A DNA stretch of 64,000 nucleotides from positions 81,462,840 through 81,526,839 of the forward strand of contig NC_057719.1 in the NCBI RefSeq assembly GCF_004010195.1, given 5' to 3'. Position 1 is the first letter of the stretch, and each line of letters begins with the position of its first letter. This document shows positions 62,100 through 64,000 of this stretch, in pieces. The notes under the pieces are model-generated. The model worked only from the letters and a program-made list of their open reading frames with translations, had not been told where the DNA came from and did no database searches. The position numbers and the translations under genes were made by a program. This stretch comes from Chiloscyllium plagiosum. Lineage: Eukaryota.

Positions 62100-63270
62100 A
62101 GATTAATCAGGAGAAAAGAGTCAGAATATGAGAGGAAGCTAGTTAGAAACAGAAAATGAATAACAAGAGTTTCTGCATGTATGTAAAAAGGAAACAGAGT
62201 CGAAAAGTGTGGTGCTCAAAACGCACAGCAGGTCAGTCAGCATCCGAGGAGCAGGAGAGTCGATGTTTCAGCCATAAGCCCTTCAGCATGGCCCAAAACG
62301 TTGACTCTCCTGCTCCCTGGATGCTGCCTGACCTGCTGTGCTTTTCCAGTGCCACACTTTTTGACTCTGACTCTCCAGTATCTGCAGTCCTCACTTTCTC
62401 CTAGTTGATGACAAAGGGAACAGGTACAAATAAGTATTCAAGAATGGTAATGGGTTGCTGTACTTCATTACAAGAGGAACTTAACATAAAAGTATGATTT
62501 TATTCATCGGTTGTACAGGGCTTTAGTGAGATTACATGTCAAACAGTGTGTGCAGTTTTGGTGTCCTTATTTAACGAAACATGTAAATTCATTGGATGTG
62601 GTTCAGAAGTGGTTTACTACATTGATACCTAGAAAGAATAGGTTGTTGTATGAGGATAGGTTGTACAAGCTGGGCTTGTTTCGATTGAACTTTAGAAGAA
62701 GGACAGATAACTTGATTGAAGTGTATAAGATCCTGAATGTGCTTAACAAGATGGACATAGAAATGGTATTTTCTCTTGTGAGTGAGTCCTAAATTAGAAA
62801 ATATGATTTAAAAATTAGAGGTTGCCCTTCTAAAACATAGGGAAGCATGTTTTTTTCTCTGAGGTCTGTATGACTTGGGAATTGTTTGCCTCAGATGGTG
62901 GTGGAGTCAAGAGTATGGTGCTAGAAAAGCACAACAGGTCAGGCAGCATCTGAGGAGCAGGAGAACCGACGTTTCAGGCATAAGCCCTTCATCAGGAAGA
63001 TGGAGGTGGTAGTCAGGTCATTGAATGTTTTTAAGCCAGAGGCAAATAGAATCCAAAATAAAGCAAAGAATTGCAGGTGCTGGAAATTTGAGACAAAAAG
63101 AAATTGCTGGAGAAACCTAGCAGGTCTGGTAGCATTTGTGGAGAGAAAGCAGAATTAACATTTCAAATCCAGTGATCCTTCTTCAGGAATAGAATCTTGT
63201 TGGATATGAGATTCAAAGGTTGTGAGTGGTGAATGGGAATGTGGTTTCAAAACATAATTATGATCTTATT
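62100..63270 (+). mobile_element. Decayed CR1 LINE pieces with three nested Penelope fragments (about 62196-62410, 62908-62998, 63055-63190)
   Basis: NKSFCMYVKRK and YRALVRLHVKQCVQFWCPY..LIEVYKIL; family A motifs. Confidence 0.75.
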
Positions 63271-63728
63271 TGTGTGTGTTTTAAAAAATTCTCAAGGTCA
63301 GGTTCGTAGGAGAGTAGTCTGACACAGAACAAACGACCAAGAGGCGAGTCTGCTAGAATATGGGCATTTTATTCCCCGCAGCGTCGCCACAACGGGTCTG
63401 GCTTATACTCACTCTACATGTTACCGGAACTGGGAGCCGTCAGTTCTCGTAGAGCGGTTGCCAACAACCCACGCTCGGCGGTTAAACGTAACCCCGGAGC
63501 AGACTCACCGAACTGGAGACTTTTCCAGCTGATATACTCTTTTCCAGATATAAACATTCATGTGAACAGCAGAGCAAGGCTAAAAAACACATTCCATTCT
63601 GGTTACATACAGATAAGAAGATTCACACGGGGAGGTGTGTAATAAGATTCACACGGGACTAAGCAACACCTCCATTCCGGTTAGATTCACACATGTATTG
63701 GGACATAATTTTTAACCGTTTCACCACA
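63271..63728 (-). mobile_element. Probable solo LTR
   Basis: TG...CA ends; minus-strand TATAA followed by AATAAA; short U3-like repeats (AGATTCACAC x3); interrupts a CR1 tail. No clean TSD found. Confidence 0.4.
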
Positions 63729-64000
63729 TTCCACTGCTTGGAATTTTACACCACAGTGTGGTAGCAGACTTGAGGGGCAGAATGGCTTATTTCTGCTCCT
63801 AGTTTGCATGTTTGTGTATATCTGTATTCAGATGTATTCCATTTGCTGTGAACAGTCTTGGTTCATCTGAGGCACTATACAAATGCATGTTTTCTTTATT
63901 TGAAAAAAGTCCTGTGACATTGCAGTCCATATAAATTTCAGATTGCCCTCAATATAATCCATAGCCTAGGCTTTAAATCAGTAACCTAAAATTCAAGAAT

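Overview
Eukaryotic, repeat-rich vertebrate DNA, almost certainly a cartilaginous fish (shark): it has HE1-type V-SINEs, shark-like CR1 LINEs and abundant Penelope fragments (organism is an inference). Two host genes lie on the + strand. The first is a HIPK4-like kinase, from its large kinase-domain exon (1077-2164) through five further splice-phase-consistent exons to a stop at 35911. The second is the first coding exon of an ITPKA-like IP3 3-kinase (57056-57511). Two related class I (HERV-I-like) endogenous retroviruses are present. One is a near-full-length provirus (3224-12155, minus strand, inside the HIPK4-like intron) with an intact gag, broken pol and env, and an array of bulged hairpins in its leader, several with palindromic loops. 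The other is an internally deleted, env-bearing provirus (43859-49427, +) with an unrelated-looking env. The rest is nested CR1/L2-group LINEs, Gypsy LTR remnants, a hAT transposase relic, two Tc1/mariner-type MITEs, Penelope elements with hammerhead cores and long palindromes, and two assembly gaps. All homology calls are from recalled family motifs, not database searches; boundaries of degenerate repeats are approximate.
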